Source of the DNA: Macrostomum lignano
Lineage: Eukaryota
Length of the DNA stretch: 37,801 bases
Assembly (NCBI GenBank): GCA_002269645.1
Contig: NIVC01004696.1
Span: forward strand, 1 to 37,801
Direction of reading: 5' to 3'
Of the stretch, positions 24,604-34,427 are shown piece by piece; within the stretch, counting starts at the first letter, position 1; the number at the start of each line of letters is the position of its first letter. Under the pieces are notes generated by a model, which saw nothing but the letters and a program-made list of their open reading frames with translations, ran no database searches and was not told the DNA's origin. Made by a program: the position numbers and the translations under genes.

Positions 24604-24918
24604 ATGACCCGAGTTTACACCTTTTCTGTTAGTGATACTTTTGAGACTGTTGCTAAAAATGCAGAGATAATAAAACAACATATTTTGAATGGAATAATTG
24701 ATGAAGTTTATTTAAAATATGACGACAAGCACGACCTAAAACTTTATCCATTAGAGCTAGATGAGATGTATGATTTAGAACAAGAGGGTGAGTTAATATT
24801 TCAACTTGGAGATTATTTAAATTCGGATGATTGGGAGGTTAGATCAACAGATTCCGAATCAACAAATAGTTCATATGAAACCAGTGATTCAGAGAATGAA
24901 AGTGAAATTTTTATGTGA
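24604..24918 (+). CDS. Polinton hypothetical acidic protein, 104 aa
   Basis: ATG in TAAAATG context; acidic C-terminus; no recognised domain. Confidence 0.55.
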   Translation: MTRVYTFSVSDTFETVAKNAEIIKQHILNGIIDEVYLKYDDKHDLKLYPLELDEMYDLEQEGELIFQLGDYLNSDDWEVRSTDSESTNSSYETSDSENESEIFM

Positions 24919-24934
24919 AAAAAATATTTAAAAA

Positions 24935-25159
24935 ATGAACTATTATTCTATAACAGAAACGACATTTATTGTGAAAAATATATATAAAAAAATGAAGGTA
25001 AACTATTCCTACATCGGAAATGTGCCGATTAATGAACTTAATGAAAATTTAAGTTTGATAACAGTTGAACAAATGTCAATAATAATATTAGTAACAATTA
25101 TAGTAATAATATTGTTTTTGTTTGTTATAAAAAATTTACTACCATGTTGTCTCAAGTAA
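24935..25159 (+). CDS. Polinton small membrane protein, 74 aa
   Basis: AAAAATG start; one hydrophobic helix (IIILVTIIVIILFLFVI). Confidence 0.45.
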   Translation: MNYYSITETTFIVKNIYKKMKVNYSYIGNVPINELNENLSLITVEQMSIIILVTIIVIILFLFVIKNLLPCCLK

Positions 25160-25169
25160 TTGTTCGAAC

Positions 25170-26771
25170 TTAGTTCGCTGATATTAGTTGGTTCTCATAA
25201 AACGAACCCAATATTTCTTCACCGTCCTTATCAGCAATTATATAGGTTGTAGGATTGGTATTTAAAACTTTACTGATAGTAAATTTCTCACTTATCTTCC
25301 AATATCCTTTTCTTCCTTTTTCAAACTTATCTTTCCATTTATAGATATAAACAGAATCACCAACCTTAAAAGATTTCTTTTTATTTTTTTCAAATTTTCC
25401 AAAAGTAACTTTAACGTTTTCAGGATTGTTATAAGCTTGTTGAGGAGTCATCTTTATCGCCGAATGATATGAATTGTTATAATCTTTCACTACGTCTGGT
25501 AATATTTTTACCCATTTTTGGTTACCATTAAGACTAAACTGAAACCATAATTTCTTACCTAAAGTTCTATTAAATCTTTCTATTAATGCGTTTTTACTCT
25601 CTCCATAAATAGAATAAATTTTATTAATATACTCCCCATTCGCGTCTTTTTTCCTTTCTTGTCCTTTTTCAAAATGATATAATTTATACATATGAGGATT
25701 GTAAAATTCTTTTCCTTCGTCAACACACAAACGTTCGCTTTTTTCTCCAAGACTTCTAAAAGCAGCAGCAACCTCCTCTCCCTTTTTGGATTTTAAAGGA
25801 ACAGCCCACGCGTATCGAGTAAAACCATCTAATATGGTTAAGATATATTTATATCCCAGATCTTTCGGCATCGACATTAAATCAGCATACCAAATTTCAT
25901 TCTTTTTGAAGTTCATGATTTTTCTATAAAATTTAGGTTTTCGATATTCTTTATGAAGAATCTTTGCCTCATCAGAACTTAACCCACTGCCACTTAATAG
26001 TAAACACTCAACACAATTATTTCCATGTTGATTATAATTAATTCCCAAACCAAATTTAACTTTAGACTGCAAAATCTTTTTAACCATCCACCTAGTTAAT
26101 CTCTGACCTACTGATAATCCCTGCAAGTTATCTAATCCTTGAATCATTTTTTGATCGGCTTCATGTTTTAATCTTAATGCTTCCTCGGGTGAGTTCTTAT
26201 CAGCATCTCTGTATGCTAAGTCATGATAGTATGCTAACCAATCAATACCGTTAATGGGAATTGAATCGGCTTTTGGAGTATTATCAGGATTTAATCGGAG
26301 ATCGAGTCGAGTCAACCCGGCCTTTATACCTTTGCTTTCACAAAGGAGTAGACTGTGTCTTAAGCTATCATAAGGATTGACTAAGTCCTTCAAGCCCACC
26401 AGCGTACAGTCGTTGCATCTCAACCATACTCAAGTCATATGAGGTTAGGTTTTCGATTCACTCTTGCCCATATATTTATCTTCAAGCTTGTTACCGTTGG
26501 GAAGAGGAGTTACCTCTGTTCCTTTGTAATCTTTCGAAAACAAAGTGGTACTTGAAGCTTTAGGGATTGAGTGAGCGGCTGGTGTTGCCACTAATAGTGA
26601 CTAGCAGTAGCTTTGCATCTACCACTCGGGCACAGCTCGAGCTCCACCCGCGAAGTTGTAAGATGGGATGTGTAATTCATTTGTATACCTTCCAGTAGTA
26701 AAGATTGGTGGTAAGCTTGTTAATCCTTTTTGAACATCTAACAATCCTCCTTCAAACACTATTTGGCTCAT
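25170..26771 (-). CDS. PLA2-like domain fused to an rve/DDE integrase; two exons (26771-26646 and ~26321-25170) split by a group I intron; ~425 aa
   Basis: Exon 1 ends ELHIPSYNFAG. Exon 2 continues TRLDLRL...PINGIDWLAYYHDLAY...HEAD...KVKFGLG (parvovirus/adintovirus-type PLA2 with HD dyad), then WYADL, YILTILDGFTRYAWAVPLKSK, LCVDEGKEF, IERFNRT, YNNSYHSAIKMTP and KVGDSV without a stop. Confidence 0.88.
26322..26645 (-). ncRNA. Group I intron (IC-like, with P5abc), ORF-less, ~324 nt
   Basis: P1: exon CGGGU pairs with GCCCG, with the U-G wobble at the 5' splice site. P3: CACCAGC/GCUGGUG. P4: UCACUC/GAGUGA. A-rich bulge GGUAACAAGCU. P6a/b: CCUAAC-CUCA..UGAG-UAUGG. R: CAACGACUG and S: AAGACACAGUCU (P7 GACUG/CAGUC). 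P9: CCUUUGU-GAAA-GCAAAGG. Terminal G. The 3' splice site is uncertain by a few nt. Confidence 0.88.
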
Positions 26772-27369
26772 TTTTAATAGCCTTAAAAATACATGAAAGC
26801 ACCAATTGTTTTGCAAATTCTTCTATGGTTGGTTGTTTATCATTTTTTGAAATATTATCTACAGCAACTAAGTATCTTTTATTTCTCCAATTTTCAGACT
26901 TTTTAATTTGTTCTTCATCGCGATAATCAAAAGATGAAGCAGGAATAAAATGGTCAACATGCAAAACACCAATATAATCTTTTGGCACATAATAATGTTT
27001 TGTGAAATTTAACCAATCAGTAAAGAATTCAATTGAGCAACCAAGGTAATCAACAGTATGATTATTTTTTCGAGCATTATTAGATTTTAGAAGAGAATAT
27101 ATTCTATTTCGTGTGTTTAAAATAAGTTTGTAATTTTCATCAGTTAATCTTCTTTCATTTTGATATTTTCTGCGCCTTTCTATATTATTTTTATCATATT
27201 CTTTTTTCCATTGAAGCTTATATTCACGATTTTTCTCATACCATTCTTTATCATACTTTCTCTCACAAGGTTTGCAAATACTATAATATCTATTTTGATC
27301 TCTACGAAATCTAAAATAATCCAAAATTTTCTCTTCTTTACATTTATTACAAATTTTTGTTTCATCCAT
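26752..27369 (-). CDS. Free-standing HNH-family endonuclease with N-terminal CxxC...CxxC zinc finger, 205 aa
   Basis: KICNKC...ICKPC, basic helical linker, YLGCSIE, HVDHFIP...WRN...DNISKNDK. TATAAAATG start; overlaps the PLA2 start by 20 nt. Confidence 0.75.
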   Translation of the reverse strand: MDETKICNKCKEEKILDYFRFRRDQNRYYSICKPCERKYDKEWYEKNREYKLQWKKEYDKNNIERRRKYQNERRLTDENYKLILNTRNRIYSLLKSNNARKNNHTVDYLGCSIEFFTDWLNFTKHYYVPKDYIGVLHVDHFIPASSFDYRDEEQIKKSENWRNKRYLVAVDNISKNDKQPTIEEFAKQLVLSCIFKAIKNEPNSV

Positions 27370-27396
27370 TTTATAAAAAATAAATTTAACAATTAA

Positions 27397-28062
27397 TTAA
27401 ACACCAGTATGTCCAGCAGCTTTCGCAGCAGCTAAAACAAGTTTTCTAGGAGTTTTAAATCCATCACCAACAGCTGGTTTGTTATTTATAGAATTAACAA
27501 TCCTTTTATACAAGCTGGTATTTTTAACAGCTCCTCCTAACTCATCATAAAAAATTCTAGCACTTATTAATTCATCCCTAGTATATAAATCAGGGTTAAA
27601 CTTTACCCTAGGGTTCATAACAATATTATATGCTCCACCCAATTCTCTATATAGTTCATTTCGATTTTTATCAACTCCACCAATTCGATAATTATTATTA
27701 CCTAAATCTGTCGCAGCAATACTAGCTGGTACTCTTGGATATTGTTCCCGATCGCCCCGCTCTGCACGTCTAATCTCTGCAATTCTCAATTGTGCTTGAT
27801 CAACATCATAAGCAGGCGGCTCATCCAAAATTTCATCCTCTTTTGGCTCCGTATTTTTAGCAATTTTTTCCAGAAGATCTTTATCTGTTTTTTCTAGTTC
27901 ACTAATTTTCCCAGTAATAGGATTAACAAAAGGAGCAGCAAATCTTTCACCCGCTAATTGTATTCCTAACTTTCTTTTTTGTAAATTTCTAACAAAATCA
28001 GAATATCTTTGCTTCTCTTTATAAATCGCTAACTCTCCATCAACGTCCATAAATTGACTCAT
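27397..28062 (-). CDS. Polinton conserved core-like protein (PZ-like?), 221 aa
   Basis: Intact ORF with TAAAAAATG start, divergent from the MCP gene. N-terminal APFVNPIT and C-terminal LVLAAAKAAGHT loosely recall Polinton PZ/core proteins. Confidence 0.55.
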   Translation of the reverse strand: MSQFMDVDGELAIYKEKQRYSDFVRNLQKRKLGIQLAGERFAAPFVNPITGKISELEKTDKDLLEKIAKNTEPKEDEILDEPPAYDVDQAQLRIAEIRRAERGDREQYPRVPASIAATDLGNNNYRIGGVDKNRNELYRELGGAYNIVMNPRVKFNPDLYTRDELISARIFYDELGGAVKNTSLYKRIVNSINNKPAVGDGFKTPRKLVLAAAKAAGHTGV

Positions 28063-28096
28063 TTTTTAACATAAAAAACTTTTTTAACTTAAAAAA

Positions 28097-29569
28097 ATGG
28101 CTGAAACAAAAACTATGTGGAGTGATAAATTTCATTTCAAAAAGCACCGACAGTATATTAATGAGGTCAGAGCAAGAGATTTAAATTATACCCTACCAAC
28201 AAGTGATAATTCAAATAACTTTACTACTGGAACGGTAACTTTTGACATCGGCGCAACCAACACTATATTGGATATGAAAAATGCGTTTTTCCGCGTTAGA
28301 TGGTTGTATACTAGAAATGATGGAACTGCTCTTGCAGCCGGAGATATCGCAGATCGATCCGGAATAATAATAGAAAATGATTGGTTTTATAAATGTTTTT
28401 CCCAAGCTCAACTAACTGTTAATGGTGCTGAGGTTGAGACATCATCAAACCCCGCAGAGATTAATGGAGTTTTGAAACATTTAAATTATACTTATTTATC
28501 AAAACAAGTTGGTGATAATGTTGGGTGGATGCCGGATAAAGGTAACGGTCAAGCAGTAGTTTTCCCTAATGTACAAAACGCAGCCGGTGCAGATACTGCA
28601 GCGCTAATTGTTTACCTTAATACAAACATAGTTCCAGTTGTAACCACTATGACTAATACAAAAGATATTAATACTGGTTTTATAGATCGTCAGAAAAAAT
28701 TCCCAGTCGCGGTTTTAACCACAGCAACAGCATATGAGCAGGACTTTTCAATCTTTCCACTATTTGGGTTTTTCTCACCAAATCGGGTATGGAAAGGATT
28801 AAAATTTGGGATACAGTTGCAAATATCTGGTGGATATCAGCCTAGGATACTTTATGGAACCTCAATTTCAACCGATATAGCAGTTCGTATAGATTCAATT
28901 CAATTAGTCGTACCAACTATTGAGGTAACAGCCCCACTTTTAAAACACATCGATAATCAGTTAACGCATGATCAGGAAATATTTTATTTGAATCGTCGAC
29001 ATTTTATGCGAACCATTAATAATAACCAGGATTCATTCCAGTGGCAAATACTGACATCAAAACGTCGGGTGAGATATATTTTTGTTTGGTTTAAGATAAC
29101 AAATAGAAGGAGTAAAAGAGCAAATGGGGATTTATATTGGCTTCAATCCGGTGCCATAGCAGAACAAGCAGCCACCGCAACAGACAATGCGGCTGCAGCT
29201 ATTAACGAGTTTAATGTTCAGAATATCCGCCTGCAGGTTGATGATCAATATTATCCGGTTAAAGACCCCCTAAATTTAAATATAGCAAATAATAATGTTA
29301 ATGATTTTATAAAATATTATCAAGATTATGCTAAAAATGAAGCGTATGCCGTCCCTCAGTACACACCCACAGAGTTTCTAAACATTCATCCAGTGGTTGT
29401 TTATGATCTAACGGCACAGAAAGAAAACGTAGCCAATATTGGACTTAATTATATGTTAGAGATTAATAAAACTGGTAATCAGGCACTTGACGCCCACGTA
29501 TTGTTTCTAGAGGAATATATGTCAATTGCTAAAGCTGATGGCACGATTGTTCGGGACGCCCCGCTGTAA
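28097..29569 (+). CDS. Major capsid protein (double jelly-roll, Polinton PY type), 490 aa
   Basis: FSQAQLTVNGAEVETSSNP, VRYIFVWF, NIRLQVDDQYYP and PVVVYDLTAQ; size and position upstream of the ATPase and penton genes. Confidence 0.85.
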   Translation: MAETKTMWSDKFHFKKHRQYINEVRARDLNYTLPTSDNSNNFTTGTVTFDIGATNTILDMKNAFFRVRWLYTRNDGTALAAGDIADRSGIIIENDWFYKCFSQAQLTVNGAEVETSSNPAEINGVLKHLNYTYLSKQVGDNVGWMPDKGNGQAVVFPNVQNAAGADTAALIVYLNTNIVPVVTTMTNTKDINTGFIDRQKKFPVAVLTTATAYEQDFSIFPLFGFFSPNRVWKGLKFGIQLQISGGYQPRILYGTSISTDIAVRIDSIQLVVPTIEVTAPLLKHIDNQLTHDQEIFYLNRRHFMRTINNNQDSFQWQILTSKRRVRYIFVWFKITNRRSKRANGDLYWLQSGAIAEQAATATDNAAAAINEFNVQNIRLQVDDQYYPVKDPLNLNIANNNVNDFIKYYQDYAKNEAYAVPQYTPTEFLNIHPVVVYDLTAQKENVANIGLNYMLEINKTGNQALDAHVLFLEEYMSIAKADGTIVRDAPL

Positions 29570-29618
29570 GCGGCGCAGGTCTCCGACCGTCGCGCCTATT
29601 TAAATTATTTCTTTAAAA

Positions 29619-30413
29619 ATGGTAAAGGCAAAACACGATAAGATATTTCCAAATGATCCTTTTCTTTGTTTAGTAATTGGTGGGTCGGGTAAAGGAAAAA
29701 CACACTTTGTTTACGATTTATTAACAACAGATGGAATGTTAGACTATAATAATTTAATAATTTATACTAATAAACCTAGAATAAAATATTATGAATTTCT
29801 TAAACATGGATTAAAAAACAAATTAAAAAAAGATGTCTTGTTTAGAATGTTAAGAGCATATGAGCAATATGAGGATGATGACGAACCGCGATTTACACTC
29901 GATGACATTGAGGATTTATGTAAAACAATGGCACAACAGCCAGAAAACATCACCGATCGCCCCGAAGGGTCGCGGACTTCGTCCGATCGAGCCCCAACTG
30001 TTAGAGTATCAACCCGATTAGCCTATGATCAAATTCCAAAACATGATAAAACACTAATTATTTTTGATGATTGTATTAATGACGGCGATCAAGAATTGCA
30101 AAAGGAAATTTTTGTTAGTGGTAGAGGAGATGGAATTGGAGCTTTTTATCTTACTCAATCCTTTAGAGAATTAGAATCGATTATAAAAAAGAATGCAAGT
30201 TGTTGTGTAATGTTTGATTTAGATAATTATGATTTACAAAATATACACGCTAGATTTAATCCCGGGTTGGATGCAAAACCATTTAAAAGTATGTGTAAAA
30301 AAATTTGGGATGATAGCCAATACAAACATATTTATATCAATCCGAGGTTAGAAAGGAAACATAGAATTTTAACAAATTTGATAAAAGAAGATAATGAGGA
30401 AGAAGAGACTTAG
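29619..30413 (+). CDS. A32-like genome-packaging ATPase, 264 aa
   Basis: Walker A LVIGGSGKGKT, Walker B LIIFDD and GR..IGAFYLTQSF. Confidence 0.92.
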   Translation: MVKAKHDKIFPNDPFLCLVIGGSGKGKTHFVYDLLTTDGMLDYNNLIIYTNKPRIKYYEFLKHGLKNKLKKDVLFRMLRAYEQYEDDDEPRFTLDDIEDLCKTMAQQPENITDRPEGSRTSSDRAPTVRVSTRLAYDQIPKHDKTLIIFDDCINDGDQELQKEIFVSGRGDGIGAFYLTQSFRELESIIKKNASCCVMFDLDNYDLQNIHARFNPGLDAKPFKSMCKKIWDDSQYKHIYINPRLERKHRILTNLIKEDNEEEET

Positions 30414-30477
30414 TTCGTGCCTATGGCACGATCGGACGGAGTCCGCGAACCAAAGGTTCGATTTCCCCACTATAAAA

Positions 30478-31263
30478 ATGACTACAAATTTAGATACTAT
30501 AAAACAATTGGTAGATCGAACTAATTCAAAATTTAGTACAACATTACAGTTTATAATGACAACCAGCGAGCAACGGATTCAATTGCGCGATCCATTACAA
30601 CTTGATCAAAGTCTAAGTTATCAAATAGGTTTGATACTATTTTCGGTTTTCAACATGCCTCAATTAATTAATGCAACAAATAATCAATTTAGATATTCTA
30701 AAGATTCCGGAGCCAATTGGACAACATTTAGCGTTAACCCAGGAGCGTATAGCTATACTGATTTGAATGCTTATATAGAAGGAGAATTAACATCTAACGG
30801 CGATTGGGTAGCAGGAGCAATTGTTATAGGTGTTGATTTACCATCTGGCAGATTCACACTATCACTAGGATCCGGATATCAGGTTGATTTCACAATTGCA
30901 AATTCACTCAGAACCATACTTGGATTTAATTCCCGAATAGTTACCACATCAAGCACCGGTGATACAGTTGGAAATATAGAGGGTGGAGTAAATACAATTA
31001 ATATAACAACCGACATTTCAAACGGTGGTTATATAACAGATAATAATGGAGTTTTGGTTCAACGTGGAATTATTTATTCAATCCCATTTCTTGCTGTTCC
31101 AATTGGAGAGAAAATGATTGTTTCACCTCAAACCCCAATATATTACCCATTAAATCAATATAATGTTCAATCAATTTATATTAGGATTGTAGATGAAAGC
31201 GATAGATTAATAAGTTTTGGTGGGCAATCAATAACAGTAATTTTACGTATAAAACAGGTTTAA
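30478..31263 (+). CDS. Minor capsid protein (penton, Polinton PX type), 261 aa
   Basis: VNPGAYSYTDLNAYI, SLRTILGF, PQTPIYYPL and IYIRIVDESDRLISFGGQSITVILRI. ATG at 30478 in TATAAAAATG context. Confidence 0.85.
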   Translation: MTTNLDTIKQLVDRTNSKFSTTLQFIMTTSEQRIQLRDPLQLDQSLSYQIGLILFSVFNMPQLINATNNQFRYSKDSGANWTTFSVNPGAYSYTDLNAYIEGELTSNGDWVAGAIVIGVDLPSGRFTLSLGSGYQVDFTIANSLRTILGFNSRIVTTSSTGDTVGNIEGGVNTINITTDISNGGYITDNNGVLVQRGIIYSIPFLAVPIGEKMIVSPQTPIYYPLNQYNVQSIYIRIVDESDRLISFGGQSITVILRIKQV

Positions 31264-31307
31264 TAGAACCGAAGGTTCGCGGACTTTGTCCGTTTCCTAT
31301 AGTAAAA

Positions 31308-31517
31308 ATGGGTAATCGAACAACATGTTCGCGTGCAAAGCACGATAATAATAATAATTTACTAAAAAAACAATCAGAAAAAGTTAAAAAAGCTGAAGAT
31401 AATTACGAACTAGAACTAGCAAAATTAAGGCAGTTACAAGCTGATAAAATAAGAAAGGAATTGTTAAAACCCACACCTACTAAACTAACTAAAACCAAAA
31501 GTTTTTCAGGAACATAA
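31308..31517 (+). CDS. Small basic Polinton protein, 69 aa
   Basis: TAAAAATG start; stop immediately before the protease ATG. Confidence 0.45.
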   Translation: MGNRTTCSRAKHDNNNNLLKKQSEKVKKAEDNYELELAKLRQLQADKIRKELLKPTPTKLTKTKSFSGT

Positions 31518-31518
31518 A

Positions 31519-31989
31519 ATGACCATGACGTGGGATGATTTTAAACAAAGATATGGAACAGACACAACAAGCAATATCGAATTAACAAATTGGGCGCGGC
31601 AGTTAAAAATAAAACCATTTAGATGTGTTATGCGAGATGAGATAAAAGACTTACCACAATATGGATGTTTCATTGTTAATATTGAAACAACAAAAGAAAA
31701 TGGTGTTCATTGGTCAGCAGTTTATTCAAAACCAAAACTTGTTTATTTTTTTGATTCATACGCGCTTCCTCCGTTACAGGAAATAAAAGATAAATTTAAT
31801 CATACTAAAAATCGTTTATGTGGAGATTATCACGAACAATTTCAAACATTTGATAAAAGTTATTGCGGGCAAGCGGCGTTGTATTTTTTATATCGACTTT
31901 CGAATGAAGCTCGTGTAAACCCCGAAGTATTTAAGATGATCATGCAAAGCATGCGTGCCGATGGCACGATTTTAGACTCTATAAAATAG
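31519..31989 (+). CDS. Adenain-like cysteine (maturation) protease, 156 aa
   Basis: GVHW (His), FFDSY (Asp) and FQ...YCG (Gln/Cys) catalytic motifs. Confidence 0.92.
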   Translation: MTMTWDDFKQRYGTDTTSNIELTNWARQLKIKPFRCVMRDEIKDLPQYGCFIVNIETTKENGVHWSAVYSKPKLVYFFDSYALPPLQEIKDKFNHTKNRLCGDYHEQFQTFDKSYCGQAALYFLYRLSNEARVNPEVFKMIMQSMRADGTILDSIK

Positions 31990-31999
31990 ACAGTAAAAA

Positions 32000-34047
32000 A
32001 TGATATTTTCTGGAACACCCTCATGGAACGGAACATCAAGTACTGGTGGTGGTGGTACTTCTGGTGGAATAAGTGTTACATTCGGAGATAATCGATATAT
32101 TAATGAAGATGAAGGTTATAAAAAAAGTGAAGTTGATACTAAACTAAATTTAAAAGGAATGTTGCAGATTCCTATACCAAAACTCAAATAGATAATTCCC
32201 TAAATTTAAAACGGAACGTAGCCGATTCATATACAAAAACAGAGGTTGACAATGGGTTAAATTTAAAAAGAGATATAACTGATTCTTATTCTCGAACTCA
32301 AATAGATGATTCATTAAATTTAAAACGCAATACGGCCGATTCTTATAGCAAAACTGAAGTTGATAATTCCCTAAATTTAAAAAGAGATATAACTGATTCT
32401 TATAGCAAAACTGAAGTTGATAATTCCCTAAATTTAAAAAGAGATATAACTGATTCTTATAGCAAAACTGAAGTTGATAATTCCCTAAATTTAAAAAGAG
32501 ATATAACTGATTCTTATAGCAAAACTGAAGTTGATAATTCCCTAAATTTAAAAAGAGATATAACTGATTCCTATACCAAAACGGAGGTTGATAATTTAGT
32601 TGGGGGTGGAGCCTTAAAGCAGGATCGATTCCAAACGGTTGAAACTGGTCACATACCTACCATGGCAGATTGGAGTGGAAATGGTTTTGCAATAACCGCA
32701 AGCACTGCATTTAATACAACTGATTTTGCAAGTTGGAAAGCGTTTGATGGAAATGATTCAACAGATTGGGCAACAAATAATACTCAAACCGATTATTGGA
32801 TTCAAGTCCAATGCCCTTCCGCAATAATGTGTTATAAAATTGATTTACGTGGTAGGCCATCACCTTCAACCGAGCACCCAGCATCATGGCGATTTGAGGG
32901 AAGTAATGACAATACAAGTTGGGACGTATTAATACCTGCGGATAGTTCTGTAGCAATAAATAACTCAACTCAAACAATTAATGTCACACAAAATTTTGAT
33001 AAAACATATTCATATTTCAGATTGTTCTGTCTTACATCAACTTCGGGTTCAACCAACCCGGGTCTGTCAACCTTCCAGATTTATAGACAGACGTTTACAA
33101 TTCTTGATTTAAATTTGGGAGTGGTTAATCAATCAATTGATATGGGAGGTAATACAATTACTAATATCTCTACTATAAACAATAACAGTTCTGTTGTTAC
33201 TAAAGGTTATGTTGATACGCGAGTAACACAAACGGCGGATGGCCGAATGTCTTTTAACGATAAAATAAAATTGGATGGAATACCTGCAATCGATGCCGCT
33301 TTGTACGAGCCTGTAATTTGCAATTGGACTGGATATCAAAACCCAACCACAGCCGGTGATATTTTTCCAACTGGAAGTTTTGTTGGCAGCGCTACTTATA
33401 TTGATTATCAAAATGGAGTTAGAATTACTGATGAAGCAAGTGGTCAGTCTGGAGCGTTGCAATTTAATTTCACCCATTTTCGTAATATCTCCGCCTCCTT
33501 CTATTTCCGAGTTGCTAATGCTACAGGAGATGGAGCTGACGCTGTTTGGTTTTATGCATATTGTCACGAACGTCCAACAAGTGAATTTGGATCCGGGTTA
33601 ACAACCCGCGCCGGCTTGATTGTGTTTGCGAGTGAATGGCATGATAGAGTTGGGGTTGTTTGGAGCAATATAAAATCAGACGGAGCAACAGTTCGTAATG
33701 ATGTTCTTAATGACGCAGATCAAACTATAACCTATGCTAATATTGATAACGGCGATTGGCATCTTTTTGAAATTAATATTTTAAATCAAAGAGTTTGGTA
33801 TCAAATAAGCACATACAATGTATCAGCTAATACATATACGCTAATTGGGCAAAACTTTTTTACATATGATAGTGGAACTTGGGGAACTTTAGATAAAACG
33901 GGAACTCTTATGGGTTTTGGTGCTCGAACTGGAGGATCGGATGCTGCACATTTTATTCGTGGTGCAGCCGTTTGTGGTAGCACATCAGCAGGATATGATT
34001 TTGCTGCGACCGCATATTTGGAACGGCCACAAACCGAAATAACTTAA
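32000..34047 (+). CDS. Fibre/receptor-binding protein: 19-aa stalk repeats, discoidin (F5/8 type C)-like domain, neck motif, legume-lectin-like domain; one 1-nt frameshift at ~32153; ~682 aa if repaired
   Basis: Adding one A to the run at 32152-32155 joins ORF 32000 to the frame of ORF 32662 with no stop. Motifs: SYSKTEVDNSLNLKRDITD repeats; WKAFDG...WIQV...WRFEGSND...YFRL; IDMGGNTITN...VVTKGYVD; GQSGAL...GADAVWF...GFGARTGG...H. Confidence 0.8.
32140..32597 (+). repeat. 57-bp coding tandem repeat, 8 copies
   Basis: AAATTTAAAA recurs at 32146, 32202, 32259, 32316, 32373, 32430, 32487 and 32544; the last four units are nearly identical. Confidence 0.95.
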
Positions 34048-34100
34048 ATCAGCTAATGCTGCGACCCTATGGGGCGATAACATAAATATTTCTATATAAA

Positions 34101-34427
34101 ATGGCTTTTAGTAGAACTCCATCGATGCGGCAAAATAATGTTATTATTCCTATTCCTAAACAAGAATCAAATATAAAAACATTCAAATCTCATACCAAAT
34201 TTTTATTTAGTACTGTAAATGTTCAGGATAATAAGAAGCTTCAAGAATTAATTAAGTTATTAAAAAATCATATTATACTTCAAGAGTTTTGGAAAATAGG
34301 ATTTAAATGGGAGAAAAAAGAAAGAATCACTCCAATACAATACCTATTGAGCTCGGGACAAATCCCCAAAGAGCGTGGGGAATTCATTTTGGTGCTATTA
34401 AAAATAGACGAGAATGTCGGTATCTGA
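34101..34427 (+). CDS. Polinton hypothetical protein, 108 aa
   Basis: TATAAAATG start; overlaps the next ORF. Confidence 0.55.
   Translation: MAFSRTPSMRQNNVIIPIPKQESNIKTFKSHTKFLFSTVNVQDNKKLQELIKLLKNHIILQEFWKIGFKWEKKERITPIQYLLSSGQIPKERGEFILVLLKIDENVGI

Noticed and set aside
26322-26423. ORF-track start of the integrase ORF (MRCNDCTLVG...)
   Set aside because: It lies within the intron's P7-P9 region; the stretch is open by chance and the real N-terminus is exon 1 at 26771.
26322-26647. Spliceosomal interpretation of the PLA2 insertion (GT at 26647, AG at 26322)
   Set aside because: Weak donor GTGGAG, no pyrimidine tract, and the join would be out of frame; the group I core explains the sequence much better.
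30394-30477. N-terminal extension of the penton ORF (MRKKRL...DRTESANQRFD)
   Set aside because: It reads through the intergenic hairpins and overlaps the ATPase; ATG 30478 has the element's typical start context.
32146-32160. Programmed ribosomal frameshift in the fibre gene
   Set aside because: A missing A in a homopolymer explains it: this repeat unit is 56 bp rather than 57, and similar errors occur elsewhere in the window.
33044-33608. Two single hairpins with the same CGGGTT/AACCCG stem in the fibre gene (33044-33060, 33594-33608)
   Set aside because: They have no partner hairpin and could be chance, so they were not counted in the double-hairpin family; worth including in a formal motif search.
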